A stretch of DNA of 64,000 nucleotides from a virus, in IMG/VR virus record IMGVR_UViG_3300009093_000008, positions 2,282 through 66,281 of that record, one strand, 5' to 3'. Below are positions 16,306 through 25,584 of the stretch, piece by piece. Every line of letters starts with the position of its first letter. The first letter of the stretch is position 1. The notes under the pieces were generated by a model, which worked only from the letters and a program-made list of their open reading frames with translations, made no database searches and was not told the origin of the DNA. The position numbers were made by a program, and so were the translations under genes.

Positions 16306-16370
16306 CGACCTGGTCCGCTTACCAAGCGAACTGGAAGAAACGGAACCCTAGGTAAGGAAAGGAACATCTC

Positions 16371-16613
16371 ATGAACAACTACCGTGTCGAGTACAGTCAT
16401 AACCGGTCGGCTGCCGTGGGCCGGTCGGCTGCCGTGGGACGGGACGTCATCCACGTCAGCGCCACCACCCGCGAAGACGCCGTGTACGCCGCGTTCGACG
16501 CCGTCGCGGATCTGGGCCGCAAGGTCCACCACATCGGGGATGTCCTCATGCAGGATGGTGACCGTTGGGTCATGACCCACGACCACCGCGCGGTGTCTGC
16601 GATGGTGAAGTGA
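16371..16613 (+). CDS. hypothetical protein
   Basis: 80 aa; AAGGAAAGGAA RBS; contains an 18-nt tandem duplication (RSAAVG x2). Confidence 0.65.
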   Translation: MNNYRVEYSHNRSAAVGRSAAVGRDVIHVSATTREDAVYAAFDAVADLGRKVHHIGDVLMQDGDRWVMTHDHRAVSAMVK

Positions 16614-16619
16614 GGGATC

Positions 16620-16892
16620 ATGGACCAGAAGATCTGTAGTGCAGTCGAACAGCTCGGCTCCTACATAACCGGCGACCGGCTCTTGGTCACCGACCACACC
16701 AGTGGAAGCCACGTCTACGAAATGACCGTCACCCGCCCCCTGCACCGTTGCGACGGAGCGTTCGGGTCGTACGAGTCCAGCCGGATATCGGCACAGATCA
16801 GGATCGCTGGCTACGCCCGCGAGATCACCGCCGAGCAGATCGCCAGCGGACAGGTTGAGGTCAGCGTCTCAACCGGAGAGGACCAGCCGTGA
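16620..16892 (+). CDS. hypothetical protein
   Basis: 90-aa ORF with RBS in the plus-strand operon. Confidence 0.6.
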   Translation: MDQKICSAVEQLGSYITGDRLLVTDHTSGSHVYEMTVTRPLHRCDGAFGSYESSRISAQIRIAGYAREITAEQIASGQVEVSVSTGEDQP

Positions 16893-17068
16893 GCTTCAAC
16901 GCGGACGGCGTCTACGTCGGCCACACCCACGAAGACGACGAGTACACTAGCGACCACCACACCGAGCGGAGCGGCTGCGTCTACTGCGGCAGCCCCAATC
17001 ACGACGACTGCGGGGGCGGCCCGTCCGTCTACCTCGTCGGCGGCTCGAACGAGTACGACGACGACTAA
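16889..17068 (+). CDS. hypothetical acidic Cys/His protein (59 aa)
   Basis: GTGA overlap; CVYCGSPNH..C zinc-knuckle-like motif; below the ORF-track cutoff. Confidence 0.5.
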   Translation: MSFNADGVYVGHTHEDDEYTSDHHTERSGCVYCGSPNHDDCGGGPSVYLVGGSNEYDDD

Positions 17069-17077
17069 GAAGGGATC

Positions 17078-17536
17078 ATGAAAGACAACAAGACCATAGC
17101 CATCCTCGGCACTCTCGGGGCCGTCGTCTTTGCGACTGGCTTCGCCGCCCTCGTCGCCGAGCTGCCCAGCCACCACCACGCCGCGCCTACCACCGTAACG
17201 GCTTCTGAATCGGCCGCACAGACAGCCTCCCGGGTCGAGACCCAGATCTCGGCACACCTGCCCGGGGGTACCTGGTCGGAGCGCGGAGCGGACGTTACAG
17301 GGGCGTACGCGGTCGAGTCCTACCTCAACGCCGACAGCGTCCCCCCGGTCGTTGTCTCCCAGTACCGAGACCCGGCAGTCGCCGAGCAGGCAGTCACCTA
17401 CTACCAGAGCCTCGGCGAGTACAGCCCGGTGGTCGCAGACGGGTCGATCGTTATACTCGTCTCGAACACCGCCACCCCGGCGGAGGCCGCAGCCGTTCAG
17501 GCCGTGCTTCCCGCCGGAGCAGCACAGAACCACTAA
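17078..17536 (+). CDS. secreted or membrane-anchored protein
   Basis: N-terminal basic + hydrophobic signal/anchor followed by an Ala/Thr linker. Confidence 0.65.
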   Translation: MKDNKTIAILGTLGAVVFATGFAALVAELPSHHHAAPTTVTASESAAQTASRVETQISAHLPGGTWSERGADVTGAYAVESYLNADSVPPVVVSQYRDPAVAEQAVTYYQSLGEYSPVVADGSIVILVSNTATPAEAAAVQAVLPAGAAQNH

Positions 17537-17556
17537 GCAGAAAGGGATCAACCACC

Positions 17557-18576
17557 ATGGCTCACAACATCGACACCAGCACCGGATCCGCCGCCTTCTA
17601 CATGCACAAGAAGAACCCCGACGACGCGCCGTGGCACATGCTCGGCCAGTGGCAGGGCGAAGCCGCCACCGCCGACGAGGCTCTCCGCCTGGCCCATCTG
17701 GACTGGGGCGTCAAGCTCACCCCGGTTCTGGCCAACGTCGAGGAACTGATGACCATCGAAGTTCCCGGCAAGTTCGTCACCTACCGTGACGACACCTGCG
17801 AGCCGCTCGGCGTCGTCGGGAAGCAGTACCTCCCGACTCAGAATCTCGACGCGTTCGAGTGGGTGTCGGAGATCTCCGGGGAAGCCACCTTCGAAACCGC
17901 CGGGGCACTCGACGGCGGACGGCGGGTGTTCGTCTCGGCGAACCTGAACCGGGAAATCCTGATCGACCCGAACGGCGCCGCCGACAAGTCCGATCTGTAC
18001 CTGGTGTTCTACACCGCGCACGACGGAACCATGGAGAACGTCGGATTCATCACCTCGGTCCGGCCGGTCTGCCACAACACCGTCAGCTACGGCCTGAAGA
18101 ACGCCGAGCACAAGATCAGCCGGAAGCACACCCGCAACGGCATGCGGAACATGGCCAGCGACGCCCGGGGCATCCTCGGGATCGTGGACACCTACGCCGA
18201 GGCCTACCAACGCGAAGCGGAAGACCTGTTCCACCAGCACGCCCGCGTGGACCAGTTCTTCAAGGTCGCCAACCGGGTGCTCGGCCTGACCGCCACCATC
18301 GGTTCGGGCAAGACCCGGCAGGACAAGGTCCGGGACACCCTGGAAACCATCTGGGACGGCGAGACCTTGGACGGGATCCGCAACACCGCGTGGGGCGTCG
18401 AGCAGGCCCTCACCGAGTATGTCGATTGGTGGGCGCCGATCAACGGCTCCAAGGGCCTGTCCGACGCCGCCGTGAAGGTCATGCGCGCCGAGCGCGCCAT
18501 GGTCGGCGGGACCTCGGGCACCTCCGAGAAGAAGTCTGAGATCCACCGGGCCGTGCGTCAGCTGTTCCTGGTCTGA
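17557..18576 (+). CDS. DUF932 (LGT_TIGR03299-like) protein
   Basis: MAHNID...PWH.LG, ETAGALDGGRRVF, HDGT...RPVCHNT, TAWGV.QA.TEYVD. Confidence 0.9.
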   Translation: MAHNIDTSTGSAAFYMHKKNPDDAPWHMLGQWQGEAATADEALRLAHLDWGVKLTPVLANVEELMTIEVPGKFVTYRDDTCEPLGVVGKQYLPTQNLDAFEWVSEISGEATFETAGALDGGRRVFVSANLNREILIDPNGAADKSDLYLVFYTAHDGTMENVGFITSVRPVCHNTVSYGLKNAEHKISRKHTRNGMRNMASDARGILGIVDTYAEAYQREAEDLFHQHARVDQFFKVANRVLGLTATIGSGKTRQDKVRDTLETIWDGETLDGIRNTAWGVEQALTEYVDWWAPINGSKGLSDAAVKVMRAERAMVGGTSGTSEKKSEIHRAVRQLFLV

Positions 18577-18578
18577 GC

Positions 18579-18614
18579 AGAACCCCCCATCCCTTCGCGG
18601 GGTGGGGGGTTTTT
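18579..18614. terminator. bidirectional intrinsic terminator
   Basis: AACCCCCCATCCC-ttcgc-GGGGTGGGGGGTT followed by a T run, between convergent operons. Confidence 0.8.
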
Positions 18615-18619
18615 GCGTT

Positions 18620-19342
18620 CTAGGCCAGGGCCCGCGCCGAGGTGGTATCCAGCCTCGTGGCGCCCCGGTACCACTTGCCGCAGTTGAGGCACTGGAACCG
18701 CTGGAACTTAGACGAGGCGGTATAGGTGAAGCCGCGCCGCTCCGCCTTCATGCTGCCGCAGTTCGGGCAACCCTCGCGGAACCCGTCGAGCATGGGGACG
18801 CTCGGGTGCGGTTGGATCCACGGGAGCGCCTTGCGGTAGCACTTCTTCATGATCACCACGTCGTTGCGGTTGTACCGCTCCATGGTCTTCCAGGCCTTCG
18901 GATCATCATCCATGCAGTCGAGCCACAGCTGGAACCCGGGGTGTTTCGTCTTGCCGCCCACGCCGAGCTGCTGGGAAATCCAGTCCAGCTTGTTCGAAGC
19001 GTGCTTGAACCGCTTCCGCATCGTCTTCAGGAGATCGATCGAGGCATACGGCGCCGGTGGCTTGAGTCCCGCGTGAAGGAACTCGCGGTTCAGGTGGGGG
19101 ATGTCGAACCGGTCACCGTTGTACGTACACAGCGCGTCGGCCTCTGATAGGAGATCGTGGGCGGCCTGCACCATGCCGTCGCCTCGGAAGAACATCGTCT
19201 CCCGCGAGCCCTCCCAGGAAGCGGCGAAGCAGAGCAGGCCGCCGGGTTTTTCTATCTGCGTGATCCCGATGTTCTGGTCGAACAGCCCCCACGTGTAGGT
19301 GAGGTGGGGGGTGGTTTCGATATCCAGGTGCAAAAGCTTCAT
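18620..19342 (-). CDS. RNase H-like (DEDD) 3'-5' exonuclease with C-terminal zinc ribbon
   Basis: LDIET, TYNGDRFDIP, YN.NDV, then CPNCGS...CLNCG. Confidence 0.88.
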   Translation of the reverse strand: MKLLHLDIETTPHLTYTWGLFDQNIGITQIEKPGGLLCFAASWEGSRETMFFRGDGMVQAAHDLLSEADALCTYNGDRFDIPHLNREFLHAGLKPPAPYASIDLLKTMRKRFKHASNKLDWISQQLGVGGKTKHPGFQLWLDCMDDDPKAWKTMERYNRNDVVIMKKCYRKALPWIQPHPSVPMLDGFREGCPNCGSMKAERRGFTYTASSKFQRFQCLNCGKWYRGATRLDTTSARALA

Positions 19343-19395
19343 AGCCCGTGCCCTTCCTGCAAGGAAGCCCCCGACCGTGGCCGGGGGCTGCGCTC

Positions 19396-19617
19396 TTACT
19401 TTCCGGGCGGGTTGCTGGTGTAGGTCGTTTGAACCGCCTTCACCACGGCCAGAAGGCCAGTGACCAGGGCTGCGAGGATCGAGCCGTTCGCCGCGTTCGA
19501 CGTGTGCGAAAGGACCAGCGTAAGCTCGGCCCCAACGAACGTCAGGATCAGGTCCACGGAGTGGGCGGACAGGAACCGCGCCCGCAGCGCGGACCACAGC
19601 TTACCGAGCGTAGACAT
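19396..19617 (-). CDS. holin-like small membrane protein
   Basis: 73 aa, two hydrophobic segments, immediately after two lysins. Confidence 0.6.
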   Translation of the reverse strand: MSTLGKLWSALRARFLSAHSVDLILTFVGAELTLVLSHTSNAANGSILAALVTGLLAVVKAVQTTYTSNPPGK

Positions 19618-20223
19618 CTACGCACCCACCTTCAGTTTGATCGCGTCCAGCTCCAGCTTGAGAGCTGCGATCTGAGACGTGAGGGTCTTCACGGCCGCCA
19701 ACAGGGTGGCCGAGTTGTCGCGCGTCGTGAGCAGCGACTGGTGAACGTCCGGGGTGTCGGCGGGGCCGGTAGCGTCGCCGCCGTGGTAGGCCCAGATTGA
19801 CATGACGTCAGCTGAAGACAGGGACACGGTTCCTCCTGGGGGTTGCGTGAGAACGGCGAACTGGTTTTGAAACTGCGGGACAGTCCATCCGAGATAGGGT
19901 TTCCCCCACTTGGTGGCGATCTGGGTAGCCGCGACCAGAGACACGGTTCCGTTGCCGGAGATATCCGTACTCCAGATCAGGCCGCCGCCAGCGCTCAGCG
20001 CCACGTGACCCTGGCCGCCGCCCCAGAACTGAAGGGCTCCCGCCGGGGCGTTCGTGTCCCCGGGATGCCTCTGCGTCGAGGCGTTCCAGTGGTCGAGCGC
20101 CGTGTTGTAGCCGGAAGCCGTGAGCCCGTAGCATGCGGCAACGAAGTAGTCGCACATGTCCATGGGCCACGTCTTGTGAGACTGCGCAAACGCCAGGGCC
20201 TGCGCGGGTGTGTTCAGGGCCAT
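19618..20223 (-). CDS. endolysin, CHAP/NlpC-P60-like peptidase
   Basis: MC..FV...YG...GHVALS.GGG.IWSTD...YLGW; TAATG-coupled to the upstream lysin. Confidence 0.75.
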   Translation of the reverse strand: MALNTPAQALAFAQSHKTWPMDMCDYFVAACYGLTASGYNTALDHWNASTQRHPGDTNAPAGALQFWGGGQGHVALSAGGGLIWSTDISGNGTVSLVAATQIATKWGKPYLGWTVPQFQNQFAVLTQPPGGTVSLSSADVMSIWAYHGGDATGPADTPDVHQSLLTTRDNSATLLAAVKTLTSQIAALKLELDAIKLKVGA

Positions 20224-21011
20224 TAAGCCCCCAACTTGTTTTTGATCTTGCCCGCTTCGGTCTGCATGAGAGACACCAGGCCCGCAGCCTTCGCTACCGC
20301 AGCGATGAGCGCCGTGGTGTTGTCCCTCGTAGTCAGCAGGGACTGATGCGCGTCCGGCGAATCGCCGGGGCCCTTGTAGGCCCACACGGCCTGCACGTCC
20401 GCCGCCGACAGCGAACCACCGCCGGAGGGCGGAGGGATCGGCGGCCCGCCGACGAACCACTGGCCGAAGTCGGCCGTGACCGACTCGTTGTGGTCATAGG
20501 TGTTGTTGAACGGAGGGTAGATCTGCATGACGTTGAAGTCGCTCGGGACACCGGCGCCGCCGTTCCAGCCGGTTGACATGGTCCGCCACGTCCACTGAAC
20601 CAGCCCGGCCGCCTTCAGCGCCTTGCACACTCCAGTGGAAGCGTAGACGCCGGTCCGTCCCGCGCCGAGCACGGAGTTGATGCCCTGGAAGTATCCAGAG
20701 TTCACTACGGCCGTAGGGTCAGCGTCCATGTCAACTGAGAAGTAGATCGGACGCCCGGCGGGCATGCCGCAAGCGGTAGCCACGCGAAGGCCCGTATTGG
20801 CGTTCGTAACGCCCTGAGCGTGTCCGCCCTGCCAGTCCGTAGTGTAGTGCTCATAGTTCGAGACGATGGCGATACCGGCAGCGGTGAGCGCCTGCGCTTC
20901 GGACGGAGTCAGAGCCCACGACTGTTCGGACGTGTACCGGCTGATGAACGTACAGCCGAGAGCCTTAAGCGCCGAAACGCTCGAAGTTGTAGAGTCGGCT
21001 CCAGTAGCCAT
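20223..21011 (-). CDS. endolysin, DUF1906/Rv2525c-like glycoside hydrolase
   Basis: FISRY, LT.SEA..L..AG..IVSNYE, PIYFSVD.D, R.GVY motifs. Confidence 0.85.
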   Translation of the reverse strand: MATGADSTTSSVSALKALGCTFISRYTSEQSWALTPSEAQALTAAGIAIVSNYEHYTTDWQGGHAQGVTNANTGLRVATACGMPAGRPIYFSVDMDADPTAVVNSGYFQGINSVLGAGRTGVYASTGVCKALKAAGLVQWTWRTMSTGWNGGAGVPSDFNVMQIYPPFNNTYDHNESVTADFGQWFVGGPPIPPPSGGGSLSAADVQAVWAYKGPGDSPDAHQSLLTTRDNTTALIAAVAKAAGLVSLMQTEAGKIKNKLGA

Positions 21012-21037
21012 TAACCTCCAAAGGTCCGTCTTTCAGT

Positions 21038-22438
21038 TTACGCGTCGGCGAGTGCCACGACTAGGTAGTTCGCCGCCGAGGTCCCCACCGTGGTTCCGGA
21101 GGCCGTAGACATGATCCCGGCCTTGACGATGTCACCGCTGTTGAACGCCTGAACATCCGACACCACGCCGCCGCCGTTGCCGGAGACCGTGGGGCCGTCG
21201 TAGCCCCTGGATATCTCCGTGGTGACACCCGCGCGCGTACGAGTGATAGCCGTGTAGATACGGCCGTTGCTCGCCCCGAGCGATATGTGCTGTCCAGCGA
21301 TCACGCGCCACCGCGCCCCAGAGAACGGGATCGTGAAGCCGTTAGACGCTCCGGTCCACATGCTCTTGGGGTCGAAGTCCGCCGTATTCGTAGTCACGAG
21401 CTGGAGAGACGACGAGCCCGTGATCGACTGCGGCGCGTTCTGGTAGGCCCGGCCGAGGTAGCCGTTGATCCCGACCCGCTGCCAGGTTCCCGGCGAACCG
21501 GCGGCAGTGCAGATGAACAAACAACCCGACTGATCCACCGACCAGTCCCCCACGAAGTGACTCCCGGACGTCGGGGAACCGGACACCGTTCCGCCGACGT
21601 AGCCGGACAGCGCAGCCGAGCCGGTGAGCGCCGCCTGAATCCGGTTGGACACCAGAACCGGCACGCCGGTCGTAGAACCGTTGAGTAGATTGATGACCTG
21701 GTTCACGTCCGCCGATGCCGCCGCGTTGCCGGGGAACACCTGAGTCAAACCACCCACCCCGGGCGTCGAAGCCTTCAGGGAAATGCTGGACCAGGCGAAG
21801 TTGGTGGAGCTTACAGAAGACCATGTCGTCAAGACAGTAGCGACAGGCGAGCCTATAAAGGTCGCCACGCTGGCCATAACGCCCGCTCCCGCCGTGCCAG
21901 CCGAGTATGGGGCACCTACCATCTCCAGACTTCCCGTGCCGTCAGCGGGGTGCGTGAGGCTCTGCCCGCCGGTCGCCCCGAACAGGAAGACCGCATCCCC
22001 GTTCGTGGTGGTGGCGTTCGTAGCCGTGGCTAGAACCGCCGAGGTTGCCGTGCCGCCGTTGTTTACGTCGATCGGCGAGGCCGTGCACCCGGCAATCTCG
22101 ACGAACGACACCGTCACCTGTTTCAGGTTCGCGTTCGGCGTGACCTTGAACCACGTAGCCGACGAGGTAGACCCCACGGCCGCGAAGATCTGAGTGGCGA
22201 TGTGCCCGGAGCCGGATCCTGAACTCTGCGTCGAACCGGCCTGAGCCCACGTATTCGATGCCGAATCCACTACGCCGGTGACGTGGTTCGCCCCAGATGT
22301 CTGATTGCTGGCGATGAAAGCGAGCAGCGTGCTGCCAGCCGTGGTCGCGGGCACCGGGATCTGCTGGCTCTGCGCCGCAAGGTCGCTGATAGTCCAGCTC
22401 ACCGGGGCGCCGATGATCCGCAGACTTGAGCTTGTCAC
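21038..22438 (-). CDS. minor tail / tail fibre protein
   Basis: Gly/Ser/Thr-rich beta protein in the tail module; C-terminal C1q-like segment. Confidence 0.7.
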   Translation of the reverse strand: MTSSSLRIIGAPVSWTISDLAAQSQQIPVPATTAGSTLLAFIASNQTSGANHVTGVVDSASNTWAQAGSTQSSGSGSGHIATQIFAAVGSTSSATWFKVTPNANLKQVTVSFVEIAGCTASPIDVNNGGTATSAVLATATNATTTNGDAVFLFGATGGQSLTHPADGTGSLEMVGAPYSAGTAGAGVMASVATFIGSPVATVLTTWSSVSSTNFAWSSISLKASTPGVGGLTQVFPGNAAASADVNQVINLLNGSTTGVPVLVSNRIQAALTGSAALSGYVGGTVSGSPTSGSHFVGDWSVDQSGCLFICTAAGSPGTWQRVGINGYLGRAYQNAPQSITGSSSLQLVTTNTADFDPKSMWTGASNGFTIPFSGARWRVIAGQHISLGASNGRIYTAITRTRAGVTTEISRGYDGPTVSGNGGGVVSDVQAFNSGDIVKAGIMSTASGTTVGTSAANYLVVALADA

Positions 22439-22448
22439 TTTTGCTCCT

Positions 22449-23285
22449 TTAGATCGACAGGCTGGAGTACAGCATTTCGATCACCACATAGACCGTGAAG
22501 TCGTCCGGAAGCGGATCGTTCGCCGCCGTGCCGAGGATGGCCGTTCCAGTCAGCTGCACATAGGGCTGGATGAAATCGCCCTTACTGAGCTGGAGAACGT
22601 CTTCGCTGACCGATCCGCCGTCGCTCGGCGTGTAGTACGGATCATGCTGCGATATGTCTCCCGTGCTGACGATCGAGCCGTTCTTTATCCAGTTCAGCCT
22701 ATACCAGGAACTAACCAGAGTGGCCTTCATCGAGCAGGTCACCGAGTAGTAGCCGGTCGTCGGAACCAGGAAGCCGTTACTCGGTGCCGTCCCCACATAG
22801 TTGTACTGGATACCGCCGTAGTCCCATCCGGCGAAGTTCTGCGCAGGTCCAAGCGGAGCGCCCCCAACCGCGCCCCTGACGCCCGTCAGCAGGGTGGCGC
22901 GGGTCCGCTGCGCGTCGCCGCCCTTGCCCACGCTCGCCCACGGCGTTGTTCCGGACGTGTTTGCCGTAGCAATCCAGAACAGGCCCGCAGCGTCCGTGGC
23001 CAGGTCCCCAGCGGTCCACGTCGTACCCGCAGCGGGAGGCGCGGCCTTGACCGCCGAATCTTGCTGGCCGGAGTGGATGCGAGGCAGGCCGTTCTGTGCC
23101 TTATCGCCCGTCGTCTTCACGCCGCCGACGAGGGCACTCGATGCAGTAGAGCCGGGCATGGCGGCCTGGATCCGATTCGACACCAGAACCGGCGTATCGG
23201 TCGTTGTACCATTCAGCAGCAGCGGGAGTTGATCGACGTCCCCGCTGCTGCTTTTGTTGCCGGGTGCGATCTGCTGAAGCGTCAT
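22449..23285 (-). CDS. minor tail / receptor-binding protein
   Basis: Shares the PGN...DV.Q...LLNG.TT..PVLVSNRIQAA module with 21038-22438; C1q-like C-terminus. Confidence 0.7.
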   Translation of the reverse strand: MTLQQIAPGNKSSSGDVDQLPLLLNGTTTDTPVLVSNRIQAAMPGSTASSALVGGVKTTGDKAQNGLPRIHSGQQDSAVKAAPPAAGTTWTAGDLATDAAGLFWIATANTSGTTPWASVGKGGDAQRTRATLLTGVRGAVGGAPLGPAQNFAGWDYGGIQYNYVGTAPSNGFLVPTTGYYSVTCSMKATLVSSWYRLNWIKNGSIVSTGDISQHDPYYTPSDGGSVSEDVLQLSKGDFIQPYVQLTGTAILGTAANDPLPDDFTVYVVIEMLYSSLSI

Positions 23286-23497
23286 CGGTCCAGCAGGCGA
23301 GCGAGCGCCTGGATGGCTGGGTCGTCGGAGGCTTTCAGCAGCGCCAGGTCAGCCTCGCGCTTGACCCTTCTCTCCGTCTCCTTCGCCTTCGCGGCGGCGT
23401 GCGAATCGGAAGACACGCCCTTCTGGCGCAGCTCCTCCTCAGTCATCGGGCGGACGGTCTGTTCACCCGTCATGCAGTCGATGATCAGATGGTCCAT
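23282..23497 (-). CDS. tail fibre assembly/chaperone-like small protein
   Basis: IIDC.TGEQTVRPMTEEE motif typical of small proteins following phage fibres. Confidence 0.55.
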   Translation of the reverse strand: MDHLIIDCMTGEQTVRPMTEEELRQKGVSSDSHAAAKAKETERRVKREADLALLKASDDPAIQALARLLDR

Positions 23498-23498
23498 G

Positions 23499-24110
23499 TC
23501 ACTGACTCCCATACATAGAGAAGATGCAGGGCGCAGTTGCCCCGTCGTACTTGGCGAAGCCCGATGCGGCAAGAGTGATGGACGTGAAGTTCGTGCCGTT
23601 CACTCCGTAGATTCCGCTGCGGACCTCAACGCCTTGTTGGCCTGGGACTACGTCGGTCACCACCCCGGAGATGCTGACAATGCCCAGTGCGTTCTGGTTT
23701 ACGCCCAGGTTTGGTATTGCCGCGAACGCCCATCCCGTCATGTTAGCATCCATGGCTCCGGTACCCGGTATGTCGCCGAGGCTGAAGAAAGCGACGGTCT
23801 GCACCGAGGAAGCCAGCGGGGTGGTTCCGAACCCCGAGAACTCTTGGGCAAAGTAGTTGTTTGTGGTATCCCCGTTCACCGTCAACAGAACACTACCGGT
23901 TGTGGCGGCCTCCGTTGTCCGTGCCTCATAGGTGATGAGTAGGTTATTGTAGGAACCCAAATTATTGAACGTCACCTGAGCGGTGGTGTTATTGGTGATG
24001 GTCGTAGTGGCGATAAGCTTTATTGGGCTTACGAGAAGACCGGCGACTATAGAGGTGGCCTGCCCCATGTCGTAGGCGCTAGGCGTCCCTCCGTTGGGGA
24101 CGAAATACAT
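23499..24110 (-). CDS. minor tail protein (paralogue of 24110-24730)
   Basis: LIATTT...TFNN...Y..L...NMTGW.FA...GIYGVNG..FT.IT...F.MYGS. Confidence 0.7.
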   Translation of the reverse strand: MYFVPNGGTPSAYDMGQATSIVAGLLVSPIKLIATTTITNNTTAQVTFNNLGSYNNLLITYEARTTEAATTGSVLLTVNGDTTNNYFAQEFSGFGTTPLASSVQTVAFFSLGDIPGTGAMDANMTGWAFAAIPNLGVNQNALGIVSISGVVTDVVPGQQGVEVRSGIYGVNGTNFTSITLAASGFAKYDGATAPCIFSMYGSQ

Positions 24111-24730
24111 CACATGCTCCCGTACAGGGTGAAGATCGCAGGGCACACATTGCCAGCTATGTTGCCGCCTGCACAATAGGCCGTGATCTTCGTGAATGCG
24201 GCCCCGTTCACCCCGTAAATCCCAGAATAGATCCCTGCTATCATGCCACCGGCCCCGGTACCCTTAATGCACCCACCCATCGACACGAACCCAAGGGCGT
24301 TGGCATTTGCATTCCAGTTCAAGAATGTGGCAAATCCCCAACCGGTCATGTTGCTTGCGCTCGCGCTTGCACCGGCCACGTCGGAAACGTGGAGATGGTT
24401 GATAGCCTGCTCTGAGTCCACAATGGTAGTAGTGTTCGTACCCGCAAGGCGCTGGTTGAAGTAGTTCGTCGAGCTGTCGAAGTTGATCTGAACAGCTAGA
24501 ACGTCGGTCGCCGCAGCGACGGTGGACCGGACTTGCCAACTCAGATAGATGGTGTTGTACGGGGGAATGTTCGTGAAGGTTATGAAACCAATGCTAGTCG
24601 AGACGGTGGTGGTAGCTATCTGAAGCGTAGCCCCCGGGATCGCTACGGCAGTACCGTTCAACACCGAAATGACCTGGTTTACGTCATTAGCGCTCGATGC
24701 GTTCCCTTGTACCGGTGGTACCAGAGTCAT
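24110..24730 (-). CDS. minor tail protein
   Basis: QIATTT...ITFTNIP..Y...; paralogue of the next gene; N-terminal GN.SSANDVNQVI module. Confidence 0.7.
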   Translation of the reverse strand: MTLVPPVQGNASSANDVNQVISVLNGTAVAIPGATLQIATTTVSTSIGFITFTNIPPYNTIYLSWQVRSTVAAATDVLAVQINFDSSTNYFNQRLAGTNTTTIVDSEQAINHLHVSDVAGASASASNMTGWGFATFLNWNANANALGFVSMGGCIKGTGAGGMIAGIYSGIYGVNGAAFTKITAYCAGGNIAGNVCPAIFTLYGSM

Positions 24731-24738
24731 GGAATCTC

Positions 24739-25584
24739 CTACACGCTCGACAGGGTCAGTTGCACGGACAGGGTAGCAACTTCGGTGTTCGTCTTAACTG
24801 TAGCCGGAGTAAGCAACCCATGGTCGAACAAGATGCCGCCGTTGACGGTCGGGTTCGGCTGACCCGAACCGTTCGGGCCATACTCCACGCCAGTACCCAC
24901 GGCGTAGTTGGCGTTCGCCGTGAACGTCCCACCCCCCGGGGCGGAAATGCTGATAGTCGTGTCCCCGTTGTTTACTACGGCCGTAGTCTTGGCGTACTGG
25001 GTGGGGTTCACGTTGCCGTAGCCGATGCAGAAGAAACTACCGATGGGGATCGACGTGGGGTTGCCGTTGGCGTCGATGAGGAGCATGGGCTTAACGGCCA
25101 GTGACGTATAGGTCGAACCGTTCAGCAGGGACGAGGTGAGGGTGGTCAGGTTCGTGGTTCCGTACACGAACAGCCCCGCTTCCGTGATGGTTCCGTTTCC
25201 CTGGTTCGCCCCGAAGAAGCAGTCCACCTCCACCGACGTGGGCCCCGTGTTGGAAGCGTTCGTGATGATCGCACGCGCCACCTCGTTGCCTAGCGCTATG
25301 TCGGCGGCGTTCGGCGTTGCCGAAGAGGTCCCGATGGCTCCGAAACAGTCGCTGAGATCTCCGTACGCCAAAGGCAGCGGTGACCCCCACCCCGAATTTT
25401 GCCGGAAGGCCAGCGCGTATATGAACGCGTTGCCGATGTACCCGAGCCCCGCCGTGGTGATCAGGTTGCCGCCCTCGGCCTCCTCGTGGATCTGGCCGGT
25501 CTCGGCGTCGCGCGTGGTCAGCTTCAGGTGTCCTTCGATCGCCAGATCGCCCAGGTTTTGCAGATGCTTCATGATCAGCTCCAA
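24739..25584 (-). CDS. minor tail protein
   Basis: NLITTAG...AIGT....P.AAD.AL.NE..R...ITEAGLF pattern of phage tail/baseplate proteins. Confidence 0.7.
   Translation of the reverse strand: MELIMKHLQNLGDLAIEGHLKLTTRDAETGQIHEEAEGGNLITTAGLGYIGNAFIYALAFRQNSGWGSPLPLAYGDLSDCFGAIGTSSATPNAADIALGNEVARAIITNASNTGPTSVEVDCFFGANQGNGTITEAGLFVYGTTNLTTLTSSLLNGSTYTSLAVKPMLLIDANGNPTSIPIGSFFCIGYGNVNPTQYAKTTAVVNNGDTTISISAPGGGTFTANANYAVGTGVEYGPNGSGQPNPTVNGGILFDHGLLTPATVKTNTEVATLSVQLTLSSV

Noticed and set aside
21038-24730. Diversity-generating retroelement or invertible tail-fibre cassette
   Set aside because: No reverse transcriptase or invertase, no near-identical TR/VR nucleotide pair, and all genes are co-oriented.
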